A stretch of DNA of 64,000 nt from an uncultured Gammaproteobacteria bacterium (GTDB lineage: Bacteria; Pseudomonadota; Gammaproteobacteria; Arenicellales; JAANXG01): positions 11,229-75,228 of the forward strand of contig CAMYIN010000097.1 in assembly GCA_947258495.1 (NCBI GenBank), in the 5' to 3' direction. The position numbers and the translations under genes are program-made. Positions 20,193 to 32,433 of this stretch are shown piece after piece (position 1 is the first letter of the stretch; each line of letters begins with the position of its first letter). The notes under the pieces were generated by a model, which worked only from the letters and a program-made list of their open reading frames with translations, searched no databases and was not told the DNA's origin.

Positions 20193-20393
20193 TCAGACGA
20201 GGCCTTCGAATCTTGTCCCCGACTCGAATCCGAACACGGACCCGAGGTCGAGATCCCGGATCAGCCTGTCCACCGCCTCCTGGCCGTGTTCCCGCTGCAC
20301 CTCCGCGAGAATGAGGCGCGCGGAATTGCGATTGTAAAAACCCCCGAAATCGGCCTGCACCTTCAGCAGTTCGTAGGCCTTTTCCAGCGTCAT
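20193..20393 (-). CDS. small hypothetical protein downstream of pfk
   Basis: 66 aa, GGGGAGG RBS, 29 bp after the pfk stop, GC3-rich codons. Confidence 0.75.
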   Translation of the reverse strand: MTLEKAYELLKVQADFGGFYNRNSARLILAEVQREHGQEAVDRLIRDLDLGSVFGFESGTRFEGLV

Positions 20394-20422
20394 GGGTGTC
20401 GCCTCCCCAATGCGGGGCAGCC

Positions 20423-21694
20423 TCAGACCTCGAATTTGTGCGGCAGCTTTTTCTTCACCGGCAGGTTCTTCAGCCGCACGTAGCGCGGCATGCCGTTCGC
20501 ATAGGGCGGATAGTCTTCGCCGCGAATGAGCGGCGCCAGGTAGTCGCGACAGCGTCGGGTAATGCCGAAGCCGTCGCGCGAAATGAAGTTCTTCGGCATC
20601 ATTTTTTCCACGTTGGCGACCTTGTCCAGCGGCGCCAGTTCGATTTTCCAGCGGTAGGGCTTGTTTGACACGCGTTTGATGGCCGGCATCACCGCGTTGT
20701 GGCCCTTGAGTGCCAGGCGAACGGCTTCCCGGCCCACCGCGTAGGCCTGCTCCACATCGGTCTTGGAAGCTATATGGCGTGCTGCGCGCTGCAGGTAATC
20801 CGCCACCGCCCAGTGGTACTTGAGGTCGAGATCCTGTTTCACCATGTTGGCCACCACCGGCGCCACGCCTCCCAGTTGCGCGTGGCCGAAGGCGTCCGTC
20901 AGGCCCTGGTCGGAGAGAAACCGGCCTTCGGGCCCTTTCACGCCCTCGGATACCACGACCGAGACGTAGCCGTGCTGTTTCACCAGCTGGTCGACCCTGT
21001 CTATGAATTTCTGCCGATCGAATCGCACCTCGGGAAACAGGATGAGGACCGGAATCGGGGTGTCTTCGCTCGACGCCAGGCCGCCGGCGGCGGCGATCCA
21101 GCCCGCATGCCGACCCATGACCTCGATGATGAACACCTTGGTCGAGGTCTTGGCCATGCTCGCCACATCGAAACTCGCTTCCCGGGTCGAGACCGCGATG
21201 TATTTCGCTACCGAGCCGAAGCCCGGGCAGTTGTCCGTGATAGGCAGGTCGTTATCCACGGTCTTGGGGACGTGGATGGCCTGTATCGGATAACCCATGG
21301 TCTCCGAGAGTTGCGACACCTTCAGGCACGTATCCGCCGAATCTCCACCACCGTTGTAAAAGAAATATCCGATATTGTGCGCCTCGAACACTTCTATCAG
21401 CCGCTGGTACTCGCGCCTGTTTTCCTCCAGGCTCTTGAGTTTGTATCGGCACGAGCCGAAAGCGCCGGAGGGCGTGTGGCGGAGTGCGGCTATTGATCTT
21501 GCGTTTTCCCGATTGGTATCTATGAGGTCTTCGGTCAGGGCCCCGATGATGCCGTTGCGCCCGGCGTAGACCCGTCCGATCTTGTTCTTGTGCTTTCTTG
21601 CGGTTTCGATGACGCCACAGGCGCTGGCGTTGATCACCGCGGTGACGCCGCCGGATTGGGCATAGAAGGCATTCTTCGGTTTGATTTTAGGCAT
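20423..21694 (-). CDS. pfp: 6-phosphofructokinase, pyrophosphate-dependent type
   Basis: QSGG..VIN, GSCR, NGGGDS (Asp at the G104-equivalent), PKTVDND, EVMGRHAGW. Confidence 0.88.
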   Translation of the reverse strand: MPKIKPKNAFYAQSGGVTAVINASACGVIETARKHKNKIGRVYAGRNGIIGALTEDLIDTNRENARSIAALRHTPSGAFGSCRYKLKSLEENRREYQRLIEVFEAHNIGYFFYNGGGDSADTCLKVSQLSETMGYPIQAIHVPKTVDNDLPITDNCPGFGSVAKYIAVSTREASFDVASMAKTSTKVFIIEVMGRHAGWIAAAGGLASSEDTPIPVLILFPEVRFDRQKFIDRVDQLVKQHGYVSVVVSEGVKGPEGRFLSDQGLTDAFGHAQLGGVAPVVANMVKQDLDLKYHWAVADYLQRAARHIASKTDVEQAYAVGREAVRLALKGHNAVMPAIKRVSNKPYRWKIELAPLDKVANVEKMMPKNFISRDGFGITRRCRDYLAPLIRGEDYPPYANGMPRYVRLKNLPVKKKLPHKFEV

Positions 21695-21739
21695 GTTCCC
21701 CTCTGATGGTTGCTGAAATGGTTGTCCCGTCCAATCGTG

Positions 21740-22108
21740 TCAGAGATCTTTTCCGGTGACGCCCGAGGTCACGCCTTCCCGATCCCTTTCGCTGTCCGAC
21801 TGTACCTGCAGTAATGCCGACACGCATTCCTGGATGTCGTCGTACTTGTCGAGGCCGGTGCCGAACTGATCCGAGGGCTCGTAAAAAAATTGACAGCGGT
21901 ACTCGCGCACTCCGGTCTTGAATATCACAAAGCTGCAGTCACGCTCCTTCCAGAATACGGTAGGGCATTCGCGCAGATCGTTAGAGGACGGGTCCAGCCG
22001 CAACTCGGCGTCCGCGAGGTGAAGCTCCACGGATTTCTTGTAACGCAGCTGCAAAAGATCCCGTATTATGTCCAGCTCCGACTCACTGAAATCAGGAATA
22101 ACAGGCAT
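21740..22108 (-). CDS. conserved-looking acidic hypothetical protein
   Basis: 122 aa; IPDF, LADAELRLDP, CPTVFW, YRCQFFY, QFGTG; GGGAG RBS. Confidence 0.75.
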   Translation of the reverse strand: MPVIPDFSESELDIIRDLLQLRYKKSVELHLADAELRLDPSSNDLRECPTVFWKERDCSFVIFKTGVREYRCQFFYEPSDQFGTGLDKYDDIQECVSALLQVQSDSERDREGVTSGVTGKDL

Positions 22109-22212
22109 GATTCGACTCCCGGAGACGCGGATTTTCCCATAATGCCGTGATTCTGCAAGCGCGGGCGGAGGCGATGCGGTTGGTGCCCGGCGCGAGGGCA
22201 TTTATAGTATAA

Positions 22213-23304
<1,092 letters not shown>

Positions 23305-23352
23305 CATCGACCTTACCGCGATACGCGGTGGTCACCGACGGTATGCCAGGCG

Positions 23353-23748
23353 ATGGCTGAAAGCAGGCCGAAACCTACCGACATCAGGCTGCATCAGCAG
23401 TCCCGCGTGCTGGAAACGGCGTTCGACGACGGCGCCCGGTTCAAGCTGCCGTGCGAATATCTGCGCGTATACTCCCCATCCGCGGAGGTGCGGGGCCACG
23501 GGCCCGGTCAGGAGGTGCTGCAGATGGGGAAGGAGAAGGTAAACATCGTCGCCATCGAGCCGGTGGGAAGCTATGCCGTGATGCTGCGGTTCGATGACGG
23601 CCACGATACAGGTATCTATTCCTGGGAAACGCTTTATGAACTCGGCGCCAAACGCAAGGAGTACTGGGAGGCCTACCTCAGGCGTTTGAAAGACGCCGGT
23701 CATGAAAGGAACCCACAACCCTACGACGATCTGATGCGCGGTGACTGA
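23353..23748 (+). CDS. DUF971 (GBBH-like N-terminal) protein
   Basis: [31 protein letters not shown]. Confidence 0.9.
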   Translation: MAESRPKPTDIRLHQQSRVLETAFDDGARFKLPCEYLRVYSPSAEVRGHGPGQEVLQMGKEKVNIVAIEPVGSYAVMLRFDDGHDTGIYSWETLYELGAKRKEYWEAYLRRLKDAGHERNPQPYDDLMRGD

Positions 23749-24499
23749 CACGAATCGCGACAAGTATACACACTTCGGATTCCGTGACGTCCGCGAGAAA
23801 GAAAAATCGCGACTGGTGGGCGAGGTTTTTCATTCGGTTGCGGACAGATACGATCTCATGAACGACCTCATGTCGTTCGGCGTTCACCGGATGTGGAAGC
23901 AGTTTGCCGCGGCCCTGAGCAACGTCAGGAGTGGCGATGCAGTGTTGGACATTGCCGCGGGAAGCGGGGATCTGACGAAAAAGTTCGCGCACCGGGTCGG
24001 AGAGTCCGGACTGGTGGTCTCGACCGACATCAACGCGGCGATGTTGCGACGCGGACGAGACCGATTGGCGGATGCCGGTATCGTCGGCAATGTATTCTAC
24101 GTTCAGGCGGACGCGGAGAAACTGCCGTTTGCGGAGAATTCCTTTCACTGCATCAGTATCGGTTTCGGCTTGCGCAATGTGACGCGCCAGGAGCAGGCGC
24201 TGCAATCCATGTACCGGTGCCTGATACCGGGCGGGCGGGTCGTGATCCTGGAGTTTTCGCGTCCAACCTCGAAGCTGCTTCGCAGGCTTTACGACGGTTA
24301 TTCGTTCGGTGTGTTGCCGCAACTCGGACGATGGGTCGCGGGGGACAGGGGCAGTTACCGATACCTCGTCGAATCGATTCGAAAGCAACCCACCCAGGAG
24401 GAGTTGCGGGCGATGATGGAAGCGGCCGATTTCGAACGTGTCGCCTACCATAATCTCAGCGGGGGCATCGTCGCAGTGCACAGCGGCTACAAGCTTTGA
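23741..24499 (+). CDS. ubiE: ubiquinone/menaquinone C-methyltransferase
   Basis: [41 protein letters not shown]. Confidence 0.97.
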   Translation: MTDTNRDKYTHFGFRDVREKEKSRLVGEVFHSVADRYDLMNDLMSFGVHRMWKQFAAALSNVRSGDAVLDIAAGSGDLTKKFAHRVGESGLVVSTDINAAMLRRGRDRLADAGIVGNVFYVQADAEKLPFAENSFHCISIGFGLRNVTRQEQALQSMYRCLIPGGRVVILEFSRPTSKLLRRLYDGYSFGVLPQLGRWVAGDRGSYRYLVESIRKQPTQEELRAMMEAADFERVAYHNLSGGIVAVHSGYKL

Positions 24500-24548
24500 G
24501 CGGTCGCCGACGAACATTGAGAATTCAGTCCGGGGTGACGAAAGCGGC

Positions 24549-25145
24549 ATGTTGTTTGACCTGATCGAATCCGGTGGAAATTGGTTGCTTCGTTTGGACC
24601 CCGAATCCGTCCGCCGAATGCGTGAGCTCCAGGGCGTGGTCGTATGTCTGGAGATAGAGGGTCTGCACCAGCGGTTGTATCTCATGCCGAAGGAAGACGG
24701 CATCGCGATCCGCCGCGGCCATGAGGGTCCCGCCGACGTGACCTTGTCGGGATCCCCCGTCACGATTGCACAACTGGGTCTTCGCGGGATTCAGGGCAAG
24801 ATTTTCCAGGACGGCAAGTTGACGATCGAGGGCGACGTCGAACTGGGTCAGCGCTTTCAGAATGTGTTGTCGCAGATCGACTTGGACTGGGAGGAATTCG
24901 TGGCACGCATATTGGGCGACGTACCGGCCCGTCAGCTCGGTAATCTGTTGCGCGGCTTCGGCGACTGGCAGCGGAGCGCCCGAACCACGGCGCTTCAGAA
25001 TGCGTCAGAGTACCTGCAGGAAGAAGCCCGACTGCTGGCGCCCGCCTCGCTGGTGTCGCAATTCACCGCCGCGGTTGACGAACTGCGTTCCGCTGTGGAC
25101 CGGCTCGAGCAGCGCGTACAGAGACTGCGATCTCTTAAGCCATGA
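24549..25145 (+). CDS. ubiJ: ubiquinone biosynthesis accessory factor
   Basis: SCP2 domain, IEGD, DWEE...GD, EYLQEE; between ubiE and ubiB. Confidence 0.9.
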   Translation: MLFDLIESGGNWLLRLDPESVRRMRELQGVVVCLEIEGLHQRLYLMPKEDGIAIRRGHEGPADVTLSGSPVTIAQLGLRGIQGKIFQDGKLTIEGDVELGQRFQNVLSQIDLDWEEFVARILGDVPARQLGNLLRGFGDWQRSARTTALQNASEYLQEEARLLAPASLVSQFTAAVDELRSAVDRLEQRVQRLRSLKP

Positions 25146-26797
25146 TGCGTCCGTCGCAGTTCTTCCGGCTCCTGCGCATTTCGCAGGTGTTCGCAAAACA
25201 CGGGCTGGACGACTTCGTTACCGCGATTCACCTGTTTCGCCCTTACCGCTACGTCTCCTACCTCATGCCGTGGCGCTGGCGGCGTTCGATGCGAAAACCG
25301 CGCGGCAAACGCCTGCGGGAAGCGTTGGAGGAACTGGGCCCGGTGTTTGTCAAATTCGGGCAGATGCTGTCGACCCGGCCGGACTTGATCTCGGAGGACC
25401 TGGCGAACGAGTTGAGCAAGCTGCAGGACCAGGTCCCGCCCTTCTCCAGCGCGAGCGCCAAGTCCGTGATTGAACACGCGTACGAAGCACCGTTGGACAG
25501 GTTCTTCTCTTCCTTCGAATCCACACCCATGGCGTCCGCCTCCGTGGCCCAGGTGCATCCGGCGACGCTGTTGAACGGAACCGACGTAGTGGTGAAGGTC
25601 CTGCGGCCTAACATTCAAAACGTAATCGATCGCGATATCGAGTTGCTCTACACGGTCGCGCGCCTGGCGGAGAAATACTGGGAAGAAGGTCCACGTTTAC
25701 GTCCCGTGGACATCGTCGATGAATACAACAAGACCATCCACAACGAATTGGACCTGAGAATGGAGGCAGCCAACGCCAGTCAATTGCGCTCCAACTTCGA
25801 GGGTTCGGATATCATCTACGTGCCGGAGGTGTACTGGGATGTGACGCGCAAAGATGTGATGGTGATGGAGCGTATCCACGGCATCCCTATCCGCGACATC
25901 GAGGCCTTACGGGCCGCCGGCATCGATATGCGCACGCTCGCGCACAACGGCGTAGAAATCTTTTTCACCCAGGCTTTCCGAGACGGCTTTTTCCACGCCG
26001 ACATGCACCCGGGCAACATATTCGTCTCCGACAGTGGGCAGTACAGAGCAGTTGATTTCGGCATCATGGGCACCCTCAGCGACGACGACAAGCGTTATCT
26101 GGCGGAGAATTTTCTCGGCTTTTTCAATCGAGACTATCGCGCCGTCGCCGAGGCGCATCTGACCGCAGGCTGGGTGCCGGCGCACACCAAGGTGGACGAG
26201 TTCGAGGCCGCCATCCGGACCGTGTGTGAGCCTATATTCGCCAAACCGATCAGCGAAATCTCGTTCGGGAAACTGGTGGTGCAGCTGTTTCAGACGGCGC
26301 GGCGATTCGAAATGCCGATCCAGCCGCAACTGGTATTGCTGCAGAAGACGCTGCTGAATATAGAGGGCCTGGGGCGACAGCTGTATCCCCAGTTGGATCT
26401 CTGGGAGACGGCGAAACCGTTCCTGGAGAAGTGGATGCGTAGACAGGTCGGCCCCGCGGCATTTCGTGACGGCCTCAAGCGCGAGCTCCCCAAGTGGGGC
26501 CGGGTGCTGCCGGAAATTCCCACACTGGCGCACGGACTGCTGCGCAAGTTGCACGACGACGAGACCGCGAGCCGGCGCCAGACCGACGAACTGGCGCGGT
26601 TACGCAAGACGCTGCTCGCCAACCATCGTCGCCAGTTCGTCGGCACGGTCGGCGCGGTGCTGCTGCTCGCGGCGGCCATTCTCGCGGCCCTGGACGGTTA
26701 TGCGCCGCTCATGGTCCACGACATGCCGCTGTCGACCTGGGTGCTCGGTGGGTTGGGCGTGGGGTTTCTGTTGCTGAGCTGGCCCAACGGGAAATAA
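25142..26797 (+). CDS. ubiB: ubiquinone biosynthesis regulatory kinase
   Basis: LGPVFVKFGQMLSTRPD, ASASVAQVH, VVKVLRP, FFHADMHPGN, DFGIMG. Confidence 0.96.
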   Translation: MMRPSQFFRLLRISQVFAKHGLDDFVTAIHLFRPYRYVSYLMPWRWRRSMRKPRGKRLREALEELGPVFVKFGQMLSTRPDLISEDLANELSKLQDQVPPFSSASAKSVIEHAYEAPLDRFFSSFESTPMASASVAQVHPATLLNGTDVVVKVLRPNIQNVIDRDIELLYTVARLAEKYWEEGPRLRPVDIVDEYNKTIHNELDLRMEAANASQLRSNFEGSDIIYVPEVYWDVTRKDVMVMERIHGIPIRDIEALRAAGIDMRTLAHNGVEIFFTQAFRDGFFHADMHPGNIFVSDSGQYRAVDFGIMGTLSDDDKRYLAENFLGFFNRDYRAVAEAHLTAGWVPAHTKVDEFEAAIRTVCEPIFAKPISEISFGKLVVQLFQTARRFEMPIQPQLVLLQKTLLNIEGLGRQLYPQLDLWETAKPFLEKWMRRQVGPAAFRDGLKRELPKWGRVLPEIPTLAHGLLRKLHDDETASRRQTDELARLRKTLLANHRRQFVGTVGAVLLLAAAILAALDGYAPLMVHDMPLSTWVLGGLGVGFLLLSWPNGK

Positions 26798-26834
26798 TCG
26801 GCGTTGCCTCTGGCGCCCCTCTCGATAGAGGTAT

Positions 26835-26863
26835 ATATTCCCACCAGCATATTGGGGGATTAT
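26835..26863. promoter_or_regulatory. imperfect palindrome, possible second IscR site
   Basis: ATATTCCCACC...GGGGGATTAT inverted repeat upstream of the type 1 site. Confidence 0.35.
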
Positions 26864-26888
26864 GGTTCAAATAGGACTAAGCCATGGT

Positions 26889-26921
26889 TTACTTGACCAT
26901 ATTAGTCGGGTATTTTACATT
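26889..26921 (+). promoter_or_regulatory. IscR type 1 operator overlapping a sigma70 promoter
   Basis: TTACTTGACCATATTAGTCGGGTAT matches ATASYYGACTRWWWYAGTCRRSTAT at 23/25 positions; TTGACC-N17-TACATT. Confidence 0.85.
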
Positions 26922-26995
26922 TCAATAAATCTGCCCCGTCATCCAATCGTTCTACGCGCCCGATGGTTTGGGCAGAGCAAGCAGGAGTCGCGACT

Positions 26996-27472
26996 ATGAG
27001 ACTGACTACGAAAGGCCGTTACGCTGTCACCGCAATGATGGATCTGGCAATACACGAGGTCTCCGGGCCGGTGACCTTGAGCGACATTGCCACGAGCCAA
27101 AATATTTCCCTGTCCTATCTGGAGCAGCTGTTCGCGGCGTTGCGTAAAGCCGGGCTGGTGAAGGGTCTGCGGGGGCCTGGAGGCGGTTATCGCTTGGCCA
27201 TACCGGCGAGCGACATATCCGTTGCCGACATCATTACCGCGGTTGACGAAAAAGTCGACGTCACGCGCTGTGGGGGTCGCGGGGACTGTCAAGACGGGCA
27301 GCCGTGTCTGACCCACGAGCTTTGGAAGGATCTGAGCCGCCAGCTGTATGAATTTCTCGACAAGATCAAGCTGGGTGAACTGACTCAGTGGCCCTGCGTG
27401 CAGGAGAGGTCACAGCAGCAGGACGTGCGCCTGGGCCGCGTCGGTACCGCGTCTTCCAACGCTTCCGTCTGA
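26996..27472 (+). CDS. iscR: Fe-S cluster assembly regulator IscR (Rrf2 family)
   Basis: [36 protein letters not shown]-x5-C-x5-C-LTH ligands. Confidence 0.95.
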   Translation: MRLTTKGRYAVTAMMDLAIHEVSGPVTLSDIATSQNISLSYLEQLFAALRKAGLVKGLRGPGGGYRLAIPASDISVADIITAVDEKVDVTRCGGRGDCQDGQPCLTHELWKDLSRQLYEFLDKIKLGELTQWPCVQERSQQQDVRLGRVGTASSNASV

Positions 27473-27487
27473 GGTCACCGAGCGATC

Positions 27488-28951
27488 GTGACGGAGCGTG
27501 CACCGGTGACGAGTCCTGCGAACGACCTCGACCGGCTGGTCGGTCGGGAGTACAAGGAGGGTTTCGTCACAGAAATCGATGCCGAGACTTTGCCCCCGGG
27601 CCTCAACGAGGACGTGGTGCGCGCGATTTCGGAAAAAAAGCGGGAGCCGGCGTTCATGCTGGAGTGGAGGTTGCAGGCGTACCGCCACTGGCTGACGATG
27701 CGCGAGCCCCGGTGGGCCCAGGTGCAGTATTCGCCGATCGATTATCAGGCCATCAGCTACTATTCCGCTCCCAAGCAGACGCCCGGTCCCAAGAGCCTGG
27801 AGGAGGTGGACCCCAAGCTGCTCGAGACCTATGAAAAACTGGGTATCCCCCTCGAAGAACAAAAGGCGCTTGCGGGCGTGGCTGTGGACGCCGTTTTCGA
27901 CAGCGTGTCGGTGAAAACCACGTTTCGCAACACGCTCGCGGAGGCGGGAGTCATCTTTTGCTCCATCTCCGAGGCGTTGCAGGAGCATCCCGAGTTGGTG
28001 CGGCGATACCTGGGTTCGGTCGTGCCGCAGGGTGACAATTTTTACGCCGCACTAAATTCCGCGGTATTCAGCGACGGTTCTTTTGTTTACATTCCCAAGG
28101 GTGTTCGCTGCCCCATGGAGTTGTCGACGTATTTTCGCATCAACGCCATGAACACCGGCCAGTTTGAACGCACGCTGATCATCGCCGACGAGGGCAGCTA
28201 CGTCAGTTATCTCGAGGGTTGCACGGCGCCCATGCGCGACGAGAACCAGCTGCACGCGGCCGTAGTGGAGTTGATCGCCCTGGAAAACGCGCAGATAAAA
28301 TATTCCACCGTGCAGAACTGGTATCCCGGTGACGAGCTCGGGCGGGGAGGAATCTACAACTTCGTCACCAAGCGCGGCGCGTGCCGGGGCCACCGTTCGA
28401 AGATTTCCTGGACCCAGGTGGAGACGGGTTCCGCCATCACCTGGAAGTATCCGAGTGTGCTCCTCGAGGGCGACGGCTCCGTGGGTGAGTTTTATTCCGT
28501 GGCCCTGACGAACAATCGGCAGCAGGCCGACACCGGCACCAAGATGATACACATCGGAAAGAACACCGCGAGCACGATCATTTCCAAAGGCATCTCCGCC
28601 GGACACGGTCAGAACACCTACCGTGGATTGGTGAAAGTGCTGAGCGGATCGGATAACGCGCGCAATTACTCACAATGCGATTCGCTGTTGCTGGGCGATC
28701 GCTGCGGCGCACACACCTTCCCCTACGTCGAGGTGAAAAACCCTACAGCCCGGGTGGAACACGAGGCTACGACGTCCAAGATCAGCGACGATCAACTGTT
28801 CTATTGTCGACAGCGGGGGTTGTCCGAGGAGGATGCGGTGTCCATGATCGTAAACGGATTCTGTAAAGAAGTATTCAGGGAACTGCCCATGGAGTTCGCC
28901 GTGGAGGCGCAGAAGCTTCTGGATGTGAGCCTGGAAGGGGCGGTCGGCTAG
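27488..28951 (+). CDS. sufB: Fe-S cluster assembly protein SufB
   Basis: [43 protein letters not shown]. Confidence 0.97.
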   Translation: MTERAPVTSPANDLDRLVGREYKEGFVTEIDAETLPPGLNEDVVRAISEKKREPAFMLEWRLQAYRHWLTMREPRWAQVQYSPIDYQAISYYSAPKQTPGPKSLEEVDPKLLETYEKLGIPLEEQKALAGVAVDAVFDSVSVKTTFRNTLAEAGVIFCSISEALQEHPELVRRYLGSVVPQGDNFYAALNSAVFSDGSFVYIPKGVRCPMELSTYFRINAMNTGQFERTLIIADEGSYVSYLEGCTAPMRDENQLHAAVVELIALENAQIKYSTVQNWYPGDELGRGGIYNFVTKRGACRGHRSKISWTQVETGSAITWKYPSVLLEGDGSVGEFYSVALTNNRQQADTGTKMIHIGKNTASTIISKGISAGHGQNTYRGLVKVLSGSDNARNYSQCDSLLLGDRCGAHTFPYVEVKNPTARVEHEATTSKISDDQLFYCRQRGLSEEDAVSMIVNGFCKEVFRELPMEFAVEAQKLLDVSLEGAVG

Positions 28952-29045
28952 TCGCCTATTCGTTTGTTACGCAGAGCACGGCGCGTGCACCCGGGACCAA
29001 CGCCGCCTGCGCGTTCCACTATTGACCGGAAGTTGACTCATCGAA

Positions 29046-29822
29046 ATGTTGAAGATCGAGAACTTGCACGTTGATGTTGACGGTACGCCGATACTGAAGG
29101 GCATCGATTTAGAGGTTCGTGCCGGGGAGGTTCATGCGATCATGGGCCCCAATGGTTCGGGCAAGAGCACCTTGGCGAACGTACTTACGGGTCGCGACGG
29201 ATACGAAGTCACTCAGGGCAAGATCAGCTATCGGGACCGGGACCTGTTCGCGCTGTCGACGGAGGAGCGAGCCCGGGAGGGGATTTTTCTCGCGTTTCAG
29301 TATCCGGTGGAGATCCCGGGCGTGAGCAATTTGTATCTGCTCAAAGCGGCCCTCAACTCCAAGCGCAAGCACCTGGGACTCGGCGAGTTGTCGGCGGTGG
29401 AGTTCTTGAAGCTGATCAAGGAAAAAGTCAAATTGGTGCAGATGAAGGAAGAATTCCTGCACCGGTCGGTAAACCAAGGATTCTCCGGTGGTGAGAAGAA
29501 GCGCAACGAGATACTGCAACTGGCGGTGTTGGAGCCGCTGCTAGCGATACTGGACGAGACCGATTCCGGACTCGACATAGACGCTCTGAAGATCGTCGCC
29601 CACGGCGTCAACTCGCTGCGCGATGCGGAGCGCGCCATTATCGTCGTCACGCACTACCAGCGGTTGCTCGACTATATTGTGCCGGACTACGTTCATGTAT
29701 TGGCCAATGGACGGGTCGTAAAGTCCGGGGACAAGGAATTGGCGCTCGAGTTGGAGAAACACGGCTATACGCAGCTTGTGCAATCGTCCGGTGAAGGTGC
29801 GGCGCGTTCCGCGGGAGCTTGA
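29046..29822 (+). CDS. sufC: Fe-S cluster assembly ATPase SufC
   Basis: GPNGSGKST, FLAFQYP, FSGGEKKRNE, LDETDSGLDID. Confidence 0.97.
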   Translation: MLKIENLHVDVDGTPILKGIDLEVRAGEVHAIMGPNGSGKSTLANVLTGRDGYEVTQGKISYRDRDLFALSTEERAREGIFLAFQYPVEIPGVSNLYLLKAALNSKRKHLGLGELSAVEFLKLIKEKVKLVQMKEEFLHRSVNQGFSGGEKKRNEILQLAVLEPLLAILDETDSGLDIDALKIVAHGVNSLRDAERAIIVVTHYQRLLDYIVPDYVHVLANGRVVKSGDKELALELEKHGYTQLVQSSGEGAARSAGA

Positions 29823-31168
29823 ATACCGTGACCGATCCCGTACGTCAATCGTACGTCGACTCCCACCGTAGTGTTGCGCAACGACTTCCGGGAAGCGCGC
29901 AGCCGTGGCTGCGGCGGGTACGCGAAGCCGGTCTTTCACGCTTCAATAACGTCGGATTTCCCACCCTGCGAGACGAAGACTGGAAATACACCGACGTTCG
30001 GGTCATCGCCAAGCAACCGTTCTTGCCCGTACTCGACCCCGGCGACGGTGTCGACGGTGAACGTTTGCGGCCGCTCTCGTTTGCGGGTTTGGAGAGCCAT
30101 CGTTGTGTCTTCGTCAACGGTCACTATGCGCCGCACCTCTCCGCACTCGGCACACTAGCGGATGGAATCGTGGTGGACAACCTGGCAACGGTCCTGAATC
30201 AGCAGCCCCGGGAGCTGGAGGGAGAACTGGGCCGCAGCGCGCCCGGAGAGCTCCACGGGTTCGCCGCACTGAATACGGCCTATCTCATGGATGGCGCCTA
30301 TGTCCGCCTGGGCCGCAACTGCGAGTTGGAGCTCCCCATTGAGTTGATCTACGTATCGACGGGTACTGACGACAACCGGCGGGTTACCTATCCGCGGAAC
30401 CTAATAATCGCGGAAAGCGGCAGCCGTGCCGTGATCGTGGAACGCTTCGTCGGTCTGGGACAGAACCGATACCTGACCAGCGCGATAACCGAAGTCATCG
30501 CCGGGCCTTCGGCGCACATCGACTACTACAAGCTGCAGGAGGAGAGCCAGCGCGCGTATCACGTGCACGGCTTGTATCTCGAGCAGGCGCGGGACAGTGC
30601 GGTCACGACGAACAATATCGCCTTGGGCGCCGCCATCGCCCGCACCGACATCCAGGTCTCCCTCGCCGCTCCGGGGACATGCAGCAAACTCAACGGGCTT
30701 TACATCGGTACCGGCAAGCAGCATATCGACAACCACACCCAGGTCGACCATCGGTCGCCGCACTGTATCAGCGATGAGTTCTACAAGGGCGTCCTGGATG
30801 GCCGCGCCCGCGCGGTCTTTCACGGGCGTGTCGTCGTGCACCAGGATGCGCAGCACACCGACGCCCAGCAGCAGAACAAGAATCTGTTGTTGTCTCCGAA
30901 CGCCGAAGTCGATACCAAACCCCAGCTCGAAATCTATGCCGACGATGTCAAGTGTTCCCACGGCGCAACCGTCGGCCAGCTCGATCCCGATGCGATTTTC
31001 TATCTCCGGTCACGGGCACTTGACGAATCGACTGCGCGTAACCTACTGACCTACGCGTTCGCCAACGATGTCATCAACCGATTTGCGCTGGATCCGATTC
31101 GACGGGCGATGGAGGGTCGTCTGGTGTCGAAATTACTGCACGGCCAGCAGTTAGAGGATTTGGCGTGA
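29819..31168 (+). CDS. sufD: Fe-S cluster assembly protein SufD
   Basis: GFPT..DEDWKYT, FAALN, KPQLEIYADDVKCSHGAT. Confidence 0.95.
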   Translation: MNTVTDPVRQSYVDSHRSVAQRLPGSAQPWLRRVREAGLSRFNNVGFPTLRDEDWKYTDVRVIAKQPFLPVLDPGDGVDGERLRPLSFAGLESHRCVFVNGHYAPHLSALGTLADGIVVDNLATVLNQQPRELEGELGRSAPGELHGFAALNTAYLMDGAYVRLGRNCELELPIELIYVSTGTDDNRRVTYPRNLIIAESGSRAVIVERFVGLGQNRYLTSAITEVIAGPSAHIDYYKLQEESQRAYHVHGLYLEQARDSAVTTNNIALGAAIARTDIQVSLAAPGTCSKLNGLYIGTGKQHIDNHTQVDHRSPHCISDEFYKGVLDGRARAVFHGRVVVHQDAQHTDAQQQNKNLLLSPNAEVDTKPQLEIYADDVKCSHGATVGQLDPDAIFYLRSRALDESTARNLLTYAFANDVINRFALDPIRRAMEGRLVSKLLHGQQLEDLA

Positions 31169-32433
31169 CCCACGCGGAAGCATCTTTGCATCGCGCGCCT
31201 GATGCACAGAGTTTCGATATCGATCGAGTTCGCGCCGACTTCCCCATACTGCATCAAGAAGTGCACGGGCGACTGTTGGTGTATCTCGACAATGGCGCCA
31301 CCACACAGAAACCCGTGTCGGTGATAGAAACCCTTGAGCGGTATTACTATCTCGACAACGCAAACGTGCACCGGGGCCTGCACGAATTGAGCGAACGCGC
31401 CACGCGTGCCTTCGAGGCGGCGCGGGAGAAGGTGCGAAACTTCATACACGCCTCCGAAGTGCAGGAAATCGTGTTCGTTCGTGGGACCACGGAAGCGATT
31501 AATCTGGTGGCGCAAAGCTATGGCCGCCGGAATATCCGCGAGGGCGACGAGATTTTGATCACGCAGATGGAGCACCATTCCAACATCGTACCCTGGCAGC
31601 TGCTTTGCGAGCAGACCGGCGCCGTGCTGCGGATCGTGCCGATGTCCGAGCGTGGCGAACTCGTCCTCGAGGAGTTCGACCGCCTGCTCAACGAACGCAC
31701 CAAAATGGTTGCGGTAACCCACGTTTCCAACGCCCTCGGCAGCATCAATCCGATCAAGACGCTGATCCGCAGGGCCCACGACGCCGGCGCGGTGGTGCTC
31801 GTCGACGGGGCGCAGGCCGTAGCGCATATACAGGTGGACGTGCGAGATCTGGATTGCGATTTCTATGCATTTTCCGGTCACAAACTGTACGCCCCCACCG
31901 GAATCGGCGTGCTTTACGGCAAACAAGCACTGTTGGAGGCGATGCCGCCCTATCAGGGCGGCGGCGAAATGATCGAACGCGTCACCTTCGAGAAGACCAC
32001 GTACAACGCGCTGCCGTACAAGTTTGAAGCCGGAACGCCGAACATTTCCGGGGCGATCGGTCTGGGATCCGCCATAGATTACGTCAAGGCCATGGGTCTG
32101 GGGGCTATATCCGCCCACGAAAGAAGCATATTGCAGTACGCGACACAAAGGGCGCTGGAGGTGCCGGGGCTGCGAATCATCGGTACCGCGTCGCTGAAGT
32201 GCAGTATTCTCTCGTTCGTCATCGACGACGTCCATCCTTCGGATGTGGGCACGATATTGGATCAGTTGGGTGTCGCCGTTCGCGCCGGTCACCATTGCGC
32301 GATGCCGGTGATGCAGTATTTCAACCTTCCCGGTACCGCACGGGCGTCCATTGGAATGTACAATACCCGCGATGACGTGGACAGATTTATCGACGCAGTG
32401 GTGCGGGCCAAGCACATGTTGAGCAAGCAATGA
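31165..32433 (+). CDS. sufS: cysteine desulfurase (group II)
   Basis: YLDNGATTQKP, NVHRG, EHHSN, FSGHK, EAGTP, RAGHHCA. Confidence 0.96.
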   Translation: MTHAEASLHRAPDAQSFDIDRVRADFPILHQEVHGRLLVYLDNGATTQKPVSVIETLERYYYLDNANVHRGLHELSERATRAFEAAREKVRNFIHASEVQEIVFVRGTTEAINLVAQSYGRRNIREGDEILITQMEHHSNIVPWQLLCEQTGAVLRIVPMSERGELVLEEFDRLLNERTKMVAVTHVSNALGSINPIKTLIRRAHDAGAVVLVDGAQAVAHIQVDVRDLDCDFYAFSGHKLYAPTGIGVLYGKQALLEAMPPYQGGGEMIERVTFEKTTYNALPYKFEAGTPNISGAIGLGSAIDYVKAMGLGAISAHERSILQYATQRALEVPGLRIIGTASLKCSILSFVIDDVHPSDVGTILDQLGVAVRAGHHCAMPVMQYFNLPGTARASIGMYNTRDDVDRFIDAVVRAKHMLSKQ

